Source: a virus
Direction: 5' to 3' (one strand)
DNA length: 56,209 nucleotides
IMG/VR virus record: IMGVR_UViG_3300017613_002335
The position numbers and the translations under genes were made by a program. Below, piece after piece: positions 25,959-34,260 of this stretch. The notes beneath the pieces were generated by a model. It had not been told where the DNA came from. It ran no database searches and saw only the letters and a program-made list of their open reading frames with translations. The stretch's first letter is position 1. Each line of letters starts with the position of its first letter.

Positions 25959-26138
25959 ATGAAAAAAACTTTTACAATCAAGCTACAAGGTGATGAACTA
26001 AAAAACATGGAGAAAATTGCTGCAACAGAATATCGAAGCGTAACACAACAAATTCAAAAAATTATTAATGAGTTTGTGAAAAATAGTTCTGTTGAATCTG
26101 AAAAGGATACTGACCATGAGGACGTATTCCCGAATTAA
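25959..26138 (+). CDS. Ribbon-helix-helix (CopG/Arc-like) DNA-binding protein, 59 aa (below the ORF-track cut-off)
   Basis: MKKTFTIKLQGDELKNMEKIAATEYRSVTQQIQKIINEFV shows beta-strand, helix, helix periodicity typical of RHH, with an acidic tail. Confidence 0.55.
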   Translation: MKKTFTIKLQGDELKNMEKIAATEYRSVTQQIQKIINEFVKNSSVESEKDTDHEDVFPN

Positions 26139-26179
26139 TCCCCATTGTTTTTTGGTGCCGCCTATAGGGGTGTCGCTTT

Positions 26180-28567
26180 ATGGTACAATATTACAAGGAC
26201 TTAGCTCTTAAACTTTATAAAAAGGGATATAAGCCTATCCCTATCCGACCAAAAAGTAAGATCCCTTTTATGTCCCAGGGGGAATCCTGGCAAGTCGATA
26301 TCACGGAGAAACAAGTTCAAGAATGGGCCGCAAATGGTAAAGGGGCGGGTGGAATTGCTTTAACCGGGATCGGTGGTCTTGATTTCGATATAAAAGAGAA
26401 ATCTGTGTCGAACGCACTTATAAAATACATCAGAGAAAACATTCAAGACAACACACCTATCAGGATTGGGTTAGCACCAAAATTTCTTATCCCGGTTTCA
26501 CCTGAGTCAGATATAAAAAAGAAATGGAAAAATACTTGGTTTGATCAATCCGGGGAAAAACATGAAATAGAATTCCTATCGCCAGGGGATCAATATTTTT
26601 TAGTCTTTGGCATCCACCCTGATACCAAAGAGGAATACAAGTGGGTGAAAAATAATTCAGTTTTATCTATCGAACAATCAGAGTTGCCAGTTGTGGATGG
26701 AATAGACCTATCAGGGATTGAGGATAAATTCGACACTCTCGCAAAAAAAAACGGTTGGACAAGGGGAGAAAATAAAAAAAACAATCACCCAGAGGGGGCA
26801 GAAGATTTCGACCTATCAGATATTAAAATGGGCGGTGAAATGGCAGACCGGGCAGGGGTTAAAGAACTTGCATCCTGGTTAAAATTTTTGCCGACGGACT
26901 GGGTTGATGATCGGGATAATTGGATAACCATCGGGGCTGCCCTACACCATGAAACTGGTGGGTCTAATGAGGGGTGGTCAATCTTTGATAAATGGTCCCA
27001 AAAATCTAAAAAATATAAAAACAGAGCCGACACTATAAAAAGGTGGGAATCGTTCACAACTGGAAAAGGCATTAAAGACGGCAGGAATTGCAGTACCAGA
27101 GGAACAATAATTCACATTTTAAAAGAAGCAGGGGTTTGGGAAGAAGCCCAAAAAGCAGGGAACAAGATCAGAGATGAAATATCCGCTAAAACTGCCGACA
27201 AAAAAAACGCTGACAATGCAAATGATATCGTAAAAAAAATGAATAAAAAGCATGCTGTTATCCGTATCGGGTCAAAGGTCAGAATTATGAACGAGGGTAA
27301 GAGTATGGATGGGGGGCTTGACTTGGGATTTTTGAGTGTACCTGATTTTAATACAATGTATTCCAATAAAAAAACAACCGACCCTTTCGACCCGAAAAAG
27401 AAAAAGACACTAAGCAAAATATGGATAAATGACCCGTGTCGGAGGGAATATAAAGGCATTGTTTTTGAACCGACCGGGAGCGAAAGGACTACAACAGAAC
27501 TTGAAGGGTATTACAACATCTGGAAAGGGTTGTCAGTCAAACCATCCAAGGGAGATTGGGGGTATTTTAAAGACCATATTTATGAAGTAATCGCTGATGG
27601 CAATGAATCCATGGGAAAATGGATTATAGCGTGGGTTGCGCGGATCGTTCAGCAACCCGGTGGTGTAAGGCCAGGAACATCGATTGTATTGAAAGGGGGC
27701 CAAGGAATAGGTAAGGGTGTTTTTGTTAATACTCTCGGTGATTTCTTCGGGGACCACTTTTTGCCTGTTTCTCATGCGTCTCAAGTTGCTGGACGGTTCA
27801 ACTCTCACCTAACCAATAAGATACTTGTTTTTATTGATGAAGGTTTCTGGGCTGGTGACAAGAAAAGTGAGGGCGTTTTAAAAAGCATTATCACTGAACC
27901 ATATCTGGCAATTGAACAGAAAGGCGTTGATATTATCAGAGTTAAAAACAATATCAATCTGGTTATGGCATCTAATAATGATTGGGTGGTCCCTGCAAAT
28001 ATTGCAGAAAGACGTTTTTGTGTCCTTGATGTTAGCGATAAAAGACAGGGGGATAAACCATATTTTAAACAGGTCATGCAGCAGATGTATCGCAAAGGAG
28101 GCTTGCAAGCAATGCTGTATGACCTGTTAAAAATGGATATCTCTGATGTGGATCTTGGAACCTTTGAACAGACCAAAGGGTTATTCGAACAGAAAATACA
28201 TTCAATGTCTACTGAAATGCAATATTGGTACGAACGGTTGCAAGAAGGGGATCTGTTGTCAGAACGGGATGATAACAATGATTATGCGAACTCCTGGAAT
28301 GAAGTCAAAAACAAAGAGCAGTATGAGGATTACCTGATCTTCGTTGACAAAATGAAAGAACGCTTTCCACTTTCACCAACTCAATTCGGAATTTTTATTA
28401 AAAAGATATGTCCTGGCATTAAAGTGAGAAGAGAAACAAGCGGAACACACAGGGAAAAAACAAGAAAATTTCAGGAGTTGGCAATGTGCCGGAGTGAGTT
28501 CGATAAGCAATTTAAATTTAAAATAGAATGGGATACTGAAGATGAACAAGAAGAACTACCATTTTAA
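26180..28567 (+). CDS. Primase-helicase (prim-pol N-terminus, PriCT-2-like middle, D5/P4-alpha-type SF3 helicase C-terminus)
   Basis: GIGGLDFDIKEK acidic catalytic-type block. WITIGAALHHETGG..GWSIFDKWSQKSKKY (PriCT-2-like). Walker A LKGGQGIGKG and Walker B ILVFIDEG. Confidence 0.8.
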   Translation: MVQYYKDLALKLYKKGYKPIPIRPKSKIPFMSQGESWQVDITEKQVQEWAANGKGAGGIALTGIGGLDFDIKEKSVSNALIKYIRENIQDNTPIRIGLAPKFLIPVSPESDIKKKWKNTWFDQSGEKHEIEFLSPGDQYFLVFGIHPDTKEEYKWVKNNSVLSIEQSELPVVDGIDLSGIEDKFDTLAKKNGWTRGENKKNNHPEGAEDFDLSDIKMGGEMADRAGVKELASWLKFLPTDWVDDRDNWITIGAALHHETGGSNEGWSIFDKWSQKSKKYKNRADTIKRWESFTTGKGIKDGRNCSTRGTIIHILKEAGVWEEAQKAGNKIRDEISAKTADKKNADNANDIVKKMNKKHAVIRIGSKVRIMNEGKSMDGGLDLGFLSVPDFNTMYSNKKTTDPFDPKKKKTLSKIWINDPCRREYKGIVFEPTGSERTTTELEGYYNIWKGLSVKPSKGDWGYFKDHIYEVIADGNESMGKWIIAWVARIVQQPGGVRPGTSIVLKGGQGIGKGVFVNTLGDFFGDHFLPVSHASQVAGRFNSHLTNKILVFIDEGFWAGDKKSEGVLKSIITEPYLAIEQKGVDIIRVKNNINLVMASNNDWVVPANIAERRFCVLDVSDKRQGDKPYFKQVMQQMYRKGGLQAMLYDLLKMDISDVDLGTFEQTKGLFEQKIHSMSTEMQYWYERLQEGDLLSERDDNNDYANSWNEVKNKEQYEDYLIFVDKMKERFPLSPTQFGIFIKKICPGIKVRRETSGTHREKTRKFQELAMCRSEFDKQFKFKIEWDTEDEQEELPF

Positions 28568-28860
28568 TACGGCACACACGATCCACCTTGTCACACCTAC
28601 ATTTTTAAGTGTGTCGTTACAAGTATCTGTTTTTGTTAAGGATACAAGCGTGTCATACTTGGCACACCTATTTTACTTTTTTTACTATATTTTTTTTTCT
28701 TGCGTGAATTCGCTCAAATTTACGCAAATTAAAGATTATATTAATACTATATATAAGTATGACAAGTATGACAAGTATGACATATATAGTAATTACAATA
28801 ACTTATCACGACACACTTGTGACACACCTGGCATACTCTCAACCGAACAGCGTCCTCCTG
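28568..28860. promoter_or_regulatory. Origin-like non-coding region: G(G/T/A)CACAC boxes flanking an AT-rich core
   Basis: GGCACACACG (28571), TGTCACACC (28590), GTGTGTCGT (28610, inverted), GTGTCATACTTGGCACACC (28650-28668), T-rich block 28670-28700, ACGACACACTTGTGACACACCTGGCATACT (28809-28838). AAGTGTGTCGT (28608-28618) is the inverted partner of ACGACACACTT (28811-28821). Confidence 0.55.
28755..28781. repeat. 3 x 9-bp tandem repeat AAGTATGAC flanked by a 9-bp inverted repeat
   Basis: AAGTATGAC x3 (28755-28781), bracketed by ACTATATAT (28746-28754) and ATATATAGT (28782-28790). The same 9-mer core occurs inverted at 28651-28660. Confidence 0.9.
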
Positions 28861-29114
28861 GGGTTACTTTTCCCCATGGGATCCTTATAACAAATCTTCG
28901 CTGAAAAATTTTCAACAGAAATAAAGATTTGATCCATGGGACACTTTAAAACTTAAAAATTGAAAGGGGAACATCATGATTTGCCAACGATGCGGAAAAC
29001 TAATTGATCTTGGATGTGGGTGCTGTCCATTTTGTGGATTGTGACAGGGGTTCTCTCATCCAGGATGGATGCACTGGGGATAACATCATGGACTACTTTA
29101 AAGGAGAATAAAAA

Positions 29115-29912
29115 ATGAATTACGACAAAATTTATCATGATTTTATTGGCAAGGACAAAGTGCAGCCGATCAGTATCACAAAAAAGAAAGGCAACATATG
29201 GTCGCTAAAATATCGAGAAGGGCGGCTTGTCAGGACAATAGATTGTGATAACCGGGATGATTTAGATAAAATATTGATCGAATTCGGAGGCAAAAACCCG
29301 GAAACATGCAAGGCTGACGGGCGTTTCCTGGAATTAAATTTTACCTGGGGGGCAAGCGAATTGTTCGATTGTGGACATCGGATCACAAAGATTTCAATCA
29401 GAGGATCTAAAGTGACCCGCCAGAAAAATATTCCGTTTGAGTTGCCAACTGGCACTGGTCATCAATCTGCAATACAGTCGAAAAAAAGAAACTCTGATTC
29501 TATATCGCTTAAAATGAAAGATAGCGAAGATGCTGTGTTAACGCGGTCATTCTCCAGTGTCGAAGAATTCGACGAGCTCCTGGCTTATATTCAAAATCAC
29601 ACTTCATTAAAAGATTTGAATTGGTTTGTGACACTTATCGGAACAGAGTCAAGACAAACAGGGAAGCAATGTGTGTGGAAGCGTGTCCAAGCTGGAGACG
29701 GGACAAGGCGAATGGTTTTGGAATTGCGGGAGCTAAACGGAAAAGATTTTCGCGATTGTGTCCGGCAAGACATCTTCGACGCCGCAGGCGATATGTTTAA
29801 CGCGCCATGCAGACGAATCACGATTAAGAAAAAGAAACCTGCAGAAAAGGACATTTGCCAGTTCGCGGCAGAGGACGGTTCAATCGATATTTCGGGATAT
29901 GAATCTGTTTAA
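29115..29912 (+). CDS. Hypothetical protein (265 aa)
   Basis: ORF with GGAGAA upstream; no motif recognised. Confidence 0.6.
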   Translation: MNYDKIYHDFIGKDKVQPISITKKKGNIWSLKYREGRLVRTIDCDNRDDLDKILIEFGGKNPETCKADGRFLELNFTWGASELFDCGHRITKISIRGSKVTRQKNIPFELPTGTGHQSAIQSKKRNSDSISLKMKDSEDAVLTRSFSSVEEFDELLAYIQNHTSLKDLNWFVTLIGTESRQTGKQCVWKRVQAGDGTRRMVLELRELNGKDFRDCVRQDIFDAAGDMFNAPCRRITIKKKKPAEKDICQFAAEDGSIDISGYESV

Positions 29913-29930
29913 CAATGGAAAGGATAAGCA

Positions 29931-30131
29931 ATGACAAAAGATGAAGAAAGAACCGGATTGAAAGAACTGGAAGCCCTGATGAATAATACGCAGAAACAGA
30001 TTCAAGTATTGATTCAAGAGAACGAAAAATTCAAACGGGCTTTACGGTATTATGCAGACAAGAAGCACATGCGGGATATTGCCATGGTTGACCAGGGCAC
30101 AATCGCAAGATATGCGTTGCTAAAAATATGA
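29931..30131 (+). CDS. Hypothetical coiled-coil protein (66 aa)
   Basis: ORF with AAAGGA upstream. Confidence 0.5.
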   Translation: MTKDEERTGLKELEALMNNTQKQIQVLIQENEKFKRALRYYADKKHMRDIAMVDQGTIARYALLKI

Positions 30132-30910
30132 TCACCTGTGAAAAGCTTAAAGCGACAATATCATCAGGCACGTGTATTGCTCGACAAAAGAACATTGCCA
30201 AGAACAATGGCCACGGCAACGGAAAACACTGGGGAAACAACGGAAGCAGCTGGTTGAATACGACCGTATGCCAAGACTGTAAAATCGGCTTAAAACTGTA
30301 TGAGAAATCGCTCCAGGGGAGTAAAAAAATGAAAGAAGTAGACAAAAAACGCTGTTCGAAAAAAGATTGCTTAAAATTATTACCGGCAACTCTTGAATAT
30401 TTTCATTCAATGCCAAAGTCTCAAGACGGATTGTCTTATTACTGCAAGGAATGCCAAAGGAAAATTTCCAGAGATAATTACGACAAAAGAAAGGCTGCGG
30501 AAAAGCCTAAAAAATTAATTAAACCCAATGATCATCTGAGATCCGAACCTAAAGTTGACGAGACAAAACCGTTAAGGATTAAAAAAATGACACAGGAATT
30601 ACCGAAAAAAAATATCCCATTGAAACAGACATGCAGTACTTGTGATCGAACCCTGGAAATAAATACTGATAATTTTCACCGGAATGTTGCCATGGAAACA
30701 GGTTTTACAAAACAGTGCAAGGATTGCCGGAATAGGAATAAACGAATACTCCGGGGACATGATGACCAAACGATACTTCTGGATTTCTCAAACTATCCGG
30801 AGATCTTGGGAAAATTGAATGACTGGGCTGCAGATAACATGAGGGATCCCGGCATGCAGATAATTTTCGCACTAAAAAATGATGTCCTGGCAAAAAGGGA
30901 AGCTGGATAA
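30128..30910 (+). CDS. Protein with two repeated zinc-ribbon units
   Basis: CSKKDCLKLLPATLEYFHSMPKSQDGLSYYCKECQRK and CSTCDRTLEINTDNFHRNVAMETGFTKQCKDCRNR share the pattern C-x2-C ... FH ... G ... C-K-x-C. Confidence 0.6.
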   Translation: MITCEKLKATISSGTCIARQKNIAKNNGHGNGKHWGNNGSSWLNTTVCQDCKIGLKLYEKSLQGSKKMKEVDKKRCSKKDCLKLLPATLEYFHSMPKSQDGLSYYCKECQRKISRDNYDKRKAAEKPKKLIKPNDHLRSEPKVDETKPLRIKKMTQELPKKNIPLKQTCSTCDRTLEINTDNFHRNVAMETGFTKQCKDCRNRNKRILRGHDDQTILLDFSNYPEILGKLNDWAADNMRDPGMQIIFALKNDVLAKREAG

Positions 30911-31167
30911 TGAAAAAAGACTGTGGGCATTGCAGCAAAAACTATACAGGTGAGTGTAAACCTTCCGATGTTGCAGACTGTTACCGGCAGGGGCGGCATA
31001 CAAAATTCGTGTCACGGTCCCCTGAGTTTTGCCCGGATTGCGGCGGTGAATCAACGGTACACAGGACTGACAAGGATTTAAAAGCAATTGATTACTGTAT
31101 TCCACGTACCCGTATCTGCAGTGCCTGTGGTCAAACTTTTAAAACTGGGGAGTTTTTGTTGAGTTGA
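30910..31167 (+). CDS. Cys-rich protein with NrdR-like zinc ribbon
   Basis: CPDCGGESTVHRTD...PRTRICSACGQTFKTGEF follows the CPxCG..x..V..T ... R.R.C..C...F.T.E pattern of the NrdR N-terminus. No ATP-cone. 85 aa. Confidence 0.45.
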   Translation: MKKDCGHCSKNYTGECKPSDVADCYRQGRHTKFVSRSPEFCPDCGGESTVHRTDKDLKAIDYCIPRTRICSACGQTFKTGEFLLS

Positions 31168-31174
31168 TTTATAG

Positions 31175-31489
31175 ATGTTAAACAAAAAAAAGGATAAATT
31201 ATCTATGGCTAAATACCGAAAAAAACCAGTAGTGATTGAAGCGGTCCAGTATACTGGAGATCTTTCAAGTGTTTATGACTTTGTAAAATCAACAAGAAGG
31301 GTAATTGTTGACGAGATCGATTATAGGGTAATTGTTGACGAGATCGATTATCTGGTGATTAAAACGCTTGAGGGTGATATGAGAGCAGATAAGGGGGATT
31401 GGATTATTAAGGGGATCTCTGGTGAATTCTATCCATGCAAACCGGATATCTTTAAGGCTACTTATGATGAGGTTAACGATGGAAGATAA
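31175..31489 (+). CDS. Hypothetical protein carrying an in-frame 27-bp tandem duplication
   Basis: 104-aa ORF. RVIVDEIDY is encoded twice by identical DNA. Confidence 0.6.
   Translation: MLNKKKDKLSMAKYRKKPVVIEAVQYTGDLSSVYDFVKSTRRVIVDEIDYRVIVDEIDYLVIKTLEGDMRADKGDWIIKGISGEFYPCKPDIFKATYDEVNDGR
31298..31351. repeat. Perfect 2 x 27-bp tandem duplication
   Basis: AGGGTAATTGTTGACGAGATCGATTAT at 31298-31324 and again at 31325-31351. Confidence 0.95.
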
Positions 31490-31733
31490 TTTTTTGTATA
31501 CCCGACAAGTCTTAACAAAAGAGCTGAATAAAATCGGTGGTGAAATATTTGCCAGGAAAGTTATGGAGCTTCAGGTTGAAATGGGGAACGAAGAAGCTAA
31601 GAAGGCAATTAATATAGACAAGATGTTCTCAACAATCATTTTAGATGCATCAAAAGGAACGGAAGAGAAGTTGTTCGAAATAATTGAAGCTATAGAAATT
31701 TTAAACAAATATGCAAAGGAGGACCGCCAATGA
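31479..31733 (+). CDS. Hypothetical protein (84 aa)
   Basis: The likely start ATG 31479 overlaps the upstream stop. The ORF track starts at 31422. Confidence 0.5.
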   Translation: MEDNFLYTRQVLTKELNKIGGEIFARKVMELQVEMGNEEAKKAINIDKMFSTIILDASKGTEEKLFEIIEAIEILNKYAKEDRQ

Positions 31734-31784
31734 AAAAATAAATTTTAAACAGTTCAGATTTGAATTAAAATCGGTATAAACGTG

Positions 31785-31820
31785 AAAAGCCCTGTCAAAT
31801 AACTTGATGGGGCTTTTTTT
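31785..31820. terminator. Bidirectional hairpin terminator between convergent operons
   Basis: AAAAGCCC (31785-31792) / GGGCTTTT (31810-31817) followed by more T residues. The A-run and T-run arrangement allows termination from either side. Confidence 0.55.
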
Positions 31821-31836
31821 GTGGGGTTGTTGTGGG

Positions 31837-32034
31837 TTATAACCGATCTTCTTCCTTGAGTTCGATATAAATATCAAGGGCTTTCTCGACTGTTTCCGCT
31901 TGGTTCTTTCGGGTCTTGAGCCATTCCACAAGGTCAACTCTGATACGCGTGTTGAATGGCACCCTCGGGTTTTCTACCTTTGGCCGGCCCATCTTCTTTC
32001 CTGGACCGGCTTTTCTTGGACCGCCTCTTGTCAT
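31837..32034 (-). CDS. Small basic DNA-binding-like protein (RHH-like C-terminus)
   Basis: The likely start ATG 32034 overlaps the upstream stop (ATGA). GRPKVENPRVPFNTRIRVDLVEWLK. Confidence 0.45.
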   Translation of the reverse strand: MTRGGPRKAGPGKKMGRPKVENPRVPFNTRIRVDLVEWLKTRKNQAETVEKALDIYIELKEEDRL

Positions 32035-32381
32035 GCTCCCATCCTTCTCTCTGCTTCGCATTCTTGTTGATAATTCCACTCATCAAGGCGATACTGATCA
32101 TATGCTTTTCGGAGAGCATCGTCAACGATAGACCAGTCAACAACCTTAATCACCCTTTTGCCGCCGCATTCGTAACAATCAACGTCATAAACACCTGACA
32201 TATAATCCCCATAAAAATCTGGATCCTGCTCAAAGCTTTCCTGGCTGAGTCCGTGGCCGTCAACATTCGGGTTGACATGGGAGCCCTTGCCTTTACACCG
32301 GGGACAAACTTTATAAATAGTTTTTTCCAGCTTGATTTCCATTCCTTCATGATCGTAAAATTTGATATATTCTTTCGGCAT
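32031..32381 (-). CDS. Protein with DnaJ-type CxxCxGxG zinc-finger motifs
   Basis: Likely start ATG 32381 with AAGGAG 9 nt upstream. Motifs CPRCKGKG and CYECGGKR. Confidence 0.6.
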   Translation of the reverse strand: MPKEYIKFYDHEGMEIKLEKTIYKVCPRCKGKGSHVNPNVDGHGLSQESFEQDPDFYGDYMSGVYDVDCYECGGKRVIKVVDWSIVDDALRKAYDQYRLDEWNYQQECEAERRMGA

Positions 32382-32382
32382 T

Positions 32383-32634
32383 TTAATAGTCTCCTTCACA
32401 TTGTCCACAAATATAATCAGGTCCACCAGCGTCACCGACATAAGAACCATGGGGGCAGATATCACCCGGGGTGTCTCTCCAGCCTTGCGGGTATTGTTTT
32501 TCCAGACGATTCTGGCATTCGTCACAAATTAATTCGGTCCCGTGGATTGAAGTGGAACCGCATGGGGATTTAATTTCTTTGTATCCGTACCCGCGTGGTA
32601 CGAACTGACTGACTTTGTTTTTGCATCTACTCAT
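32383..32634 (-). CDS. Cys-rich small protein (83 aa)
   Basis: Likely start ATG 32634 with AAGGAG upstream. Contains CDEC, C..H and CGQC pairs. Confidence 0.55.
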   Translation of the reverse strand: MSRCKNKVSQFVPRGYGYKEIKSPCGSTSIHGTELICDECQNRLEKQYPQGWRDTPGDICPHGSYVGDAGGPDYICGQCEGDY

Positions 32635-32716
32635 GATTACTCTCCTTTTTTGTGGGTTTAAACGCTTATTCGGAGGCTCGATTGAGTCAAGCCCCCTGAT
32701 AAGGGTTAGAACACCA

Positions 32717-32998
32717 CTAAATATACCTAACAGCTTCTCTGATAGCTGAATCGACACCTTTAATACTCCATCTCTGCTCCGCGTCGATGTATAATTCATG
32801 TTTCGCTCTACCCTGCAAGAGAGAAGACAAATTCCAGGCTGGAAGACTTGAATATTCGTTAAACTTACCATTAAAACTCTGTTCTGGGAAAAGAACCCAT
32901 TTCCCGCCGCGCTGTTTCATTGCCATCCTGTATTCTTCTTGAAGCTTCTTTCCGGCCATAAATCCAGTGATTTTTGATTTAAGTATGATTTTTTCCAT
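32717..32998 (-). CDS. Hypothetical protein (93 aa)
   Basis: ATG 32998 with AAGGAG 7 nt upstream. Confidence 0.5.
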   Translation of the reverse strand: MEKIILKSKITGFMAGKKLQEEYRMAMKQRGGKWVLFPEQSFNGKFNEYSSLPAWNLSSLLQGRAKHELYIDAEQRWSIKGVDSAIREAVRYI

Positions 32999-33027
32999 TC
33001 TCACTCTCCTTTCCTGTGGGTTAAGTG

Positions 33028-33312
33028 TTATAAATGTTTAAATTTCTCACCGCTCCGGCTGTATTTAAGATAGGTGCATCCATAACTCGGCATTCCGAAA
33101 TCATCCAGGGGATGGAAATTTTCTTCTTCCATCCGGCCTTCAAAATAAAGGTTGTCATCATCATCATATATTTTGAACCGGACCGGCATCCCTTTCGCGG
33201 AGTCTTTCGCGTAATCAAATCGGGAACTGGTTGTTCCAATTTCTGTAGGAAAAGAATAATTCCCCAGGGGTTCGTTGATGATGTCTTTTGTGATTCTCCA
33301 TTGATTTGGCAT
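33028..33312 (-). CDS. Hypothetical protein (94 aa), first gene of the leftward cluster
   Basis: ORF with AAGGAGAA upstream. Confidence 0.55.
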   Translation of the reverse strand: MPNQWRITKDIINEPLGNYSFPTEIGTTSSRFDYAKDSAKGMPVRFKIYDDDDNLYFEGRMEEENFHPLDDFGMPSYGCTYLKYSRSGEKFKHL

Positions 33313-33472
33313 TTCGTTCTCCTTGTTTGTAGGTTTTAATTAAATCGTCGAACAGCTCCATTCTACGCTATTTTAGCTAAATGTCAAGACAAAAAGCAAA
33401 TAAATAAAAAAATATCACTCTCGCCATATCTGACGAGTAACATTCAAAATCATCATGTAAAATTAAATCATA

Positions 33473-33658
33473 ATGCGAAAAAGACGCTCACAAAAAAGGG
33501 AGAGCATCGAGTCATTTTTGAGGAGAGGTGGCAAAATTAAGTATTTACCGCAAATAATCATGATCGAATCGCAGTATCGGCCTATCAGGCCTATGGGATC
33601 GCAAATGTTAGGACAACCCAAGGACTGTTATCGTTTGCCTATTTATGGGGGATGCTGA
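33473..33658 (+). CDS. Possible small basic protein (61 aa)
   Basis: ORF only, with no SD. It overlaps the terS start. Confidence 0.3.
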   Translation: MRKRRSQKRESIESFLRRGGKIKYLPQIIMIESQYRPIRPMGSQMLGQPKDCYRLPIYGGC

Positions 33659-34260
33659 TGGCTAAACGGAAATTCATCGACTGGGATTCTGTTGAACCGT
33701 TATATCGGTTAGGAAAACTTTCTAATTGTGAAATCTGCAGGCAATATGCTGCAGATCACGAACATTCCCAAACCTGGAAAACTACTGTAACTGAAGCTGC
33801 AATTCGTTTAAGAGCAAAAGCAAAAGGGTGGGAAAGAAATCTTGCCGACAGGGTCAGGACTAAAGTCAAAGAAAATTTAGTTCGAACTCCGCTTCGAGAC
33901 TCGAATCAAGAAAAACAACTTTCTGATCAAGAGATCATTGACAAAGCTGCGGAGATTGCAGCTGATGTTGTTTTACGTCACAGGGAAGAAATCAAAGCCC
34001 TTCTTAATATTGAAAATGCATTATTGGAAGAACTATCAAATGGTCCTAAAAAACTCTATCTATCGACGTTCCAGGGGGAAATTCTTGAAAAAGAAGTCAG
34101 TTTGACGGTTAAAGAGAAGTCCGCGACTTTAAAGGATTTAGCTGCGGTCCGGGCGCAAAGAGTCACTCTTGAACGGCAGGCGTATAATCTCAATGATAAT
34201 TCTAATCCGGATGAAGACCTCGAGGGCGTTGTTATTGAGTTTGTGGGGGTTAAGCCATGA
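33652..34260 (+). CDS. terS: Terminase small subunit
   Basis: Located immediately upstream of terL and coupled to it. N-terminal HTH-like segment (LGKLSNCEICRQY). 202 aa. Confidence 0.65.
   Translation: MLMAKRKFIDWDSVEPLYRLGKLSNCEICRQYAADHEHSQTWKTTVTEAAIRLRAKAKGWERNLADRVRTKVKENLVRTPLRDSNQEKQLSDQEIIDKAAEIAADVVLRHREEIKALLNIENALLEELSNGPKKLYLSTFQGEILEKEVSLTVKEKSATLKDLAAVRAQRVTLERQAYNLNDNSNPDEDLEGVVIEFVGVKP

Noticed and set aside
28542-28904. 120-aa ORF on the + strand
   Set aside because: It runs through the iteron and AT-rich region. Its translation is low-complexity (FYFFYYIFF, YDKYDKYD from the 9-bp repeats). It starts inside the primase gene and has no SD.
28976-29044. 22-aa CxxC...CxxC mini-ORF (MICQRCGKLIDLGCGCCPFCGL) with AAAGGGGA upstream
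   Set aside because: It is attractive as a zinc-ribbon micro-protein, but it is too short to support from sequence alone, so it is not listed as a feature.
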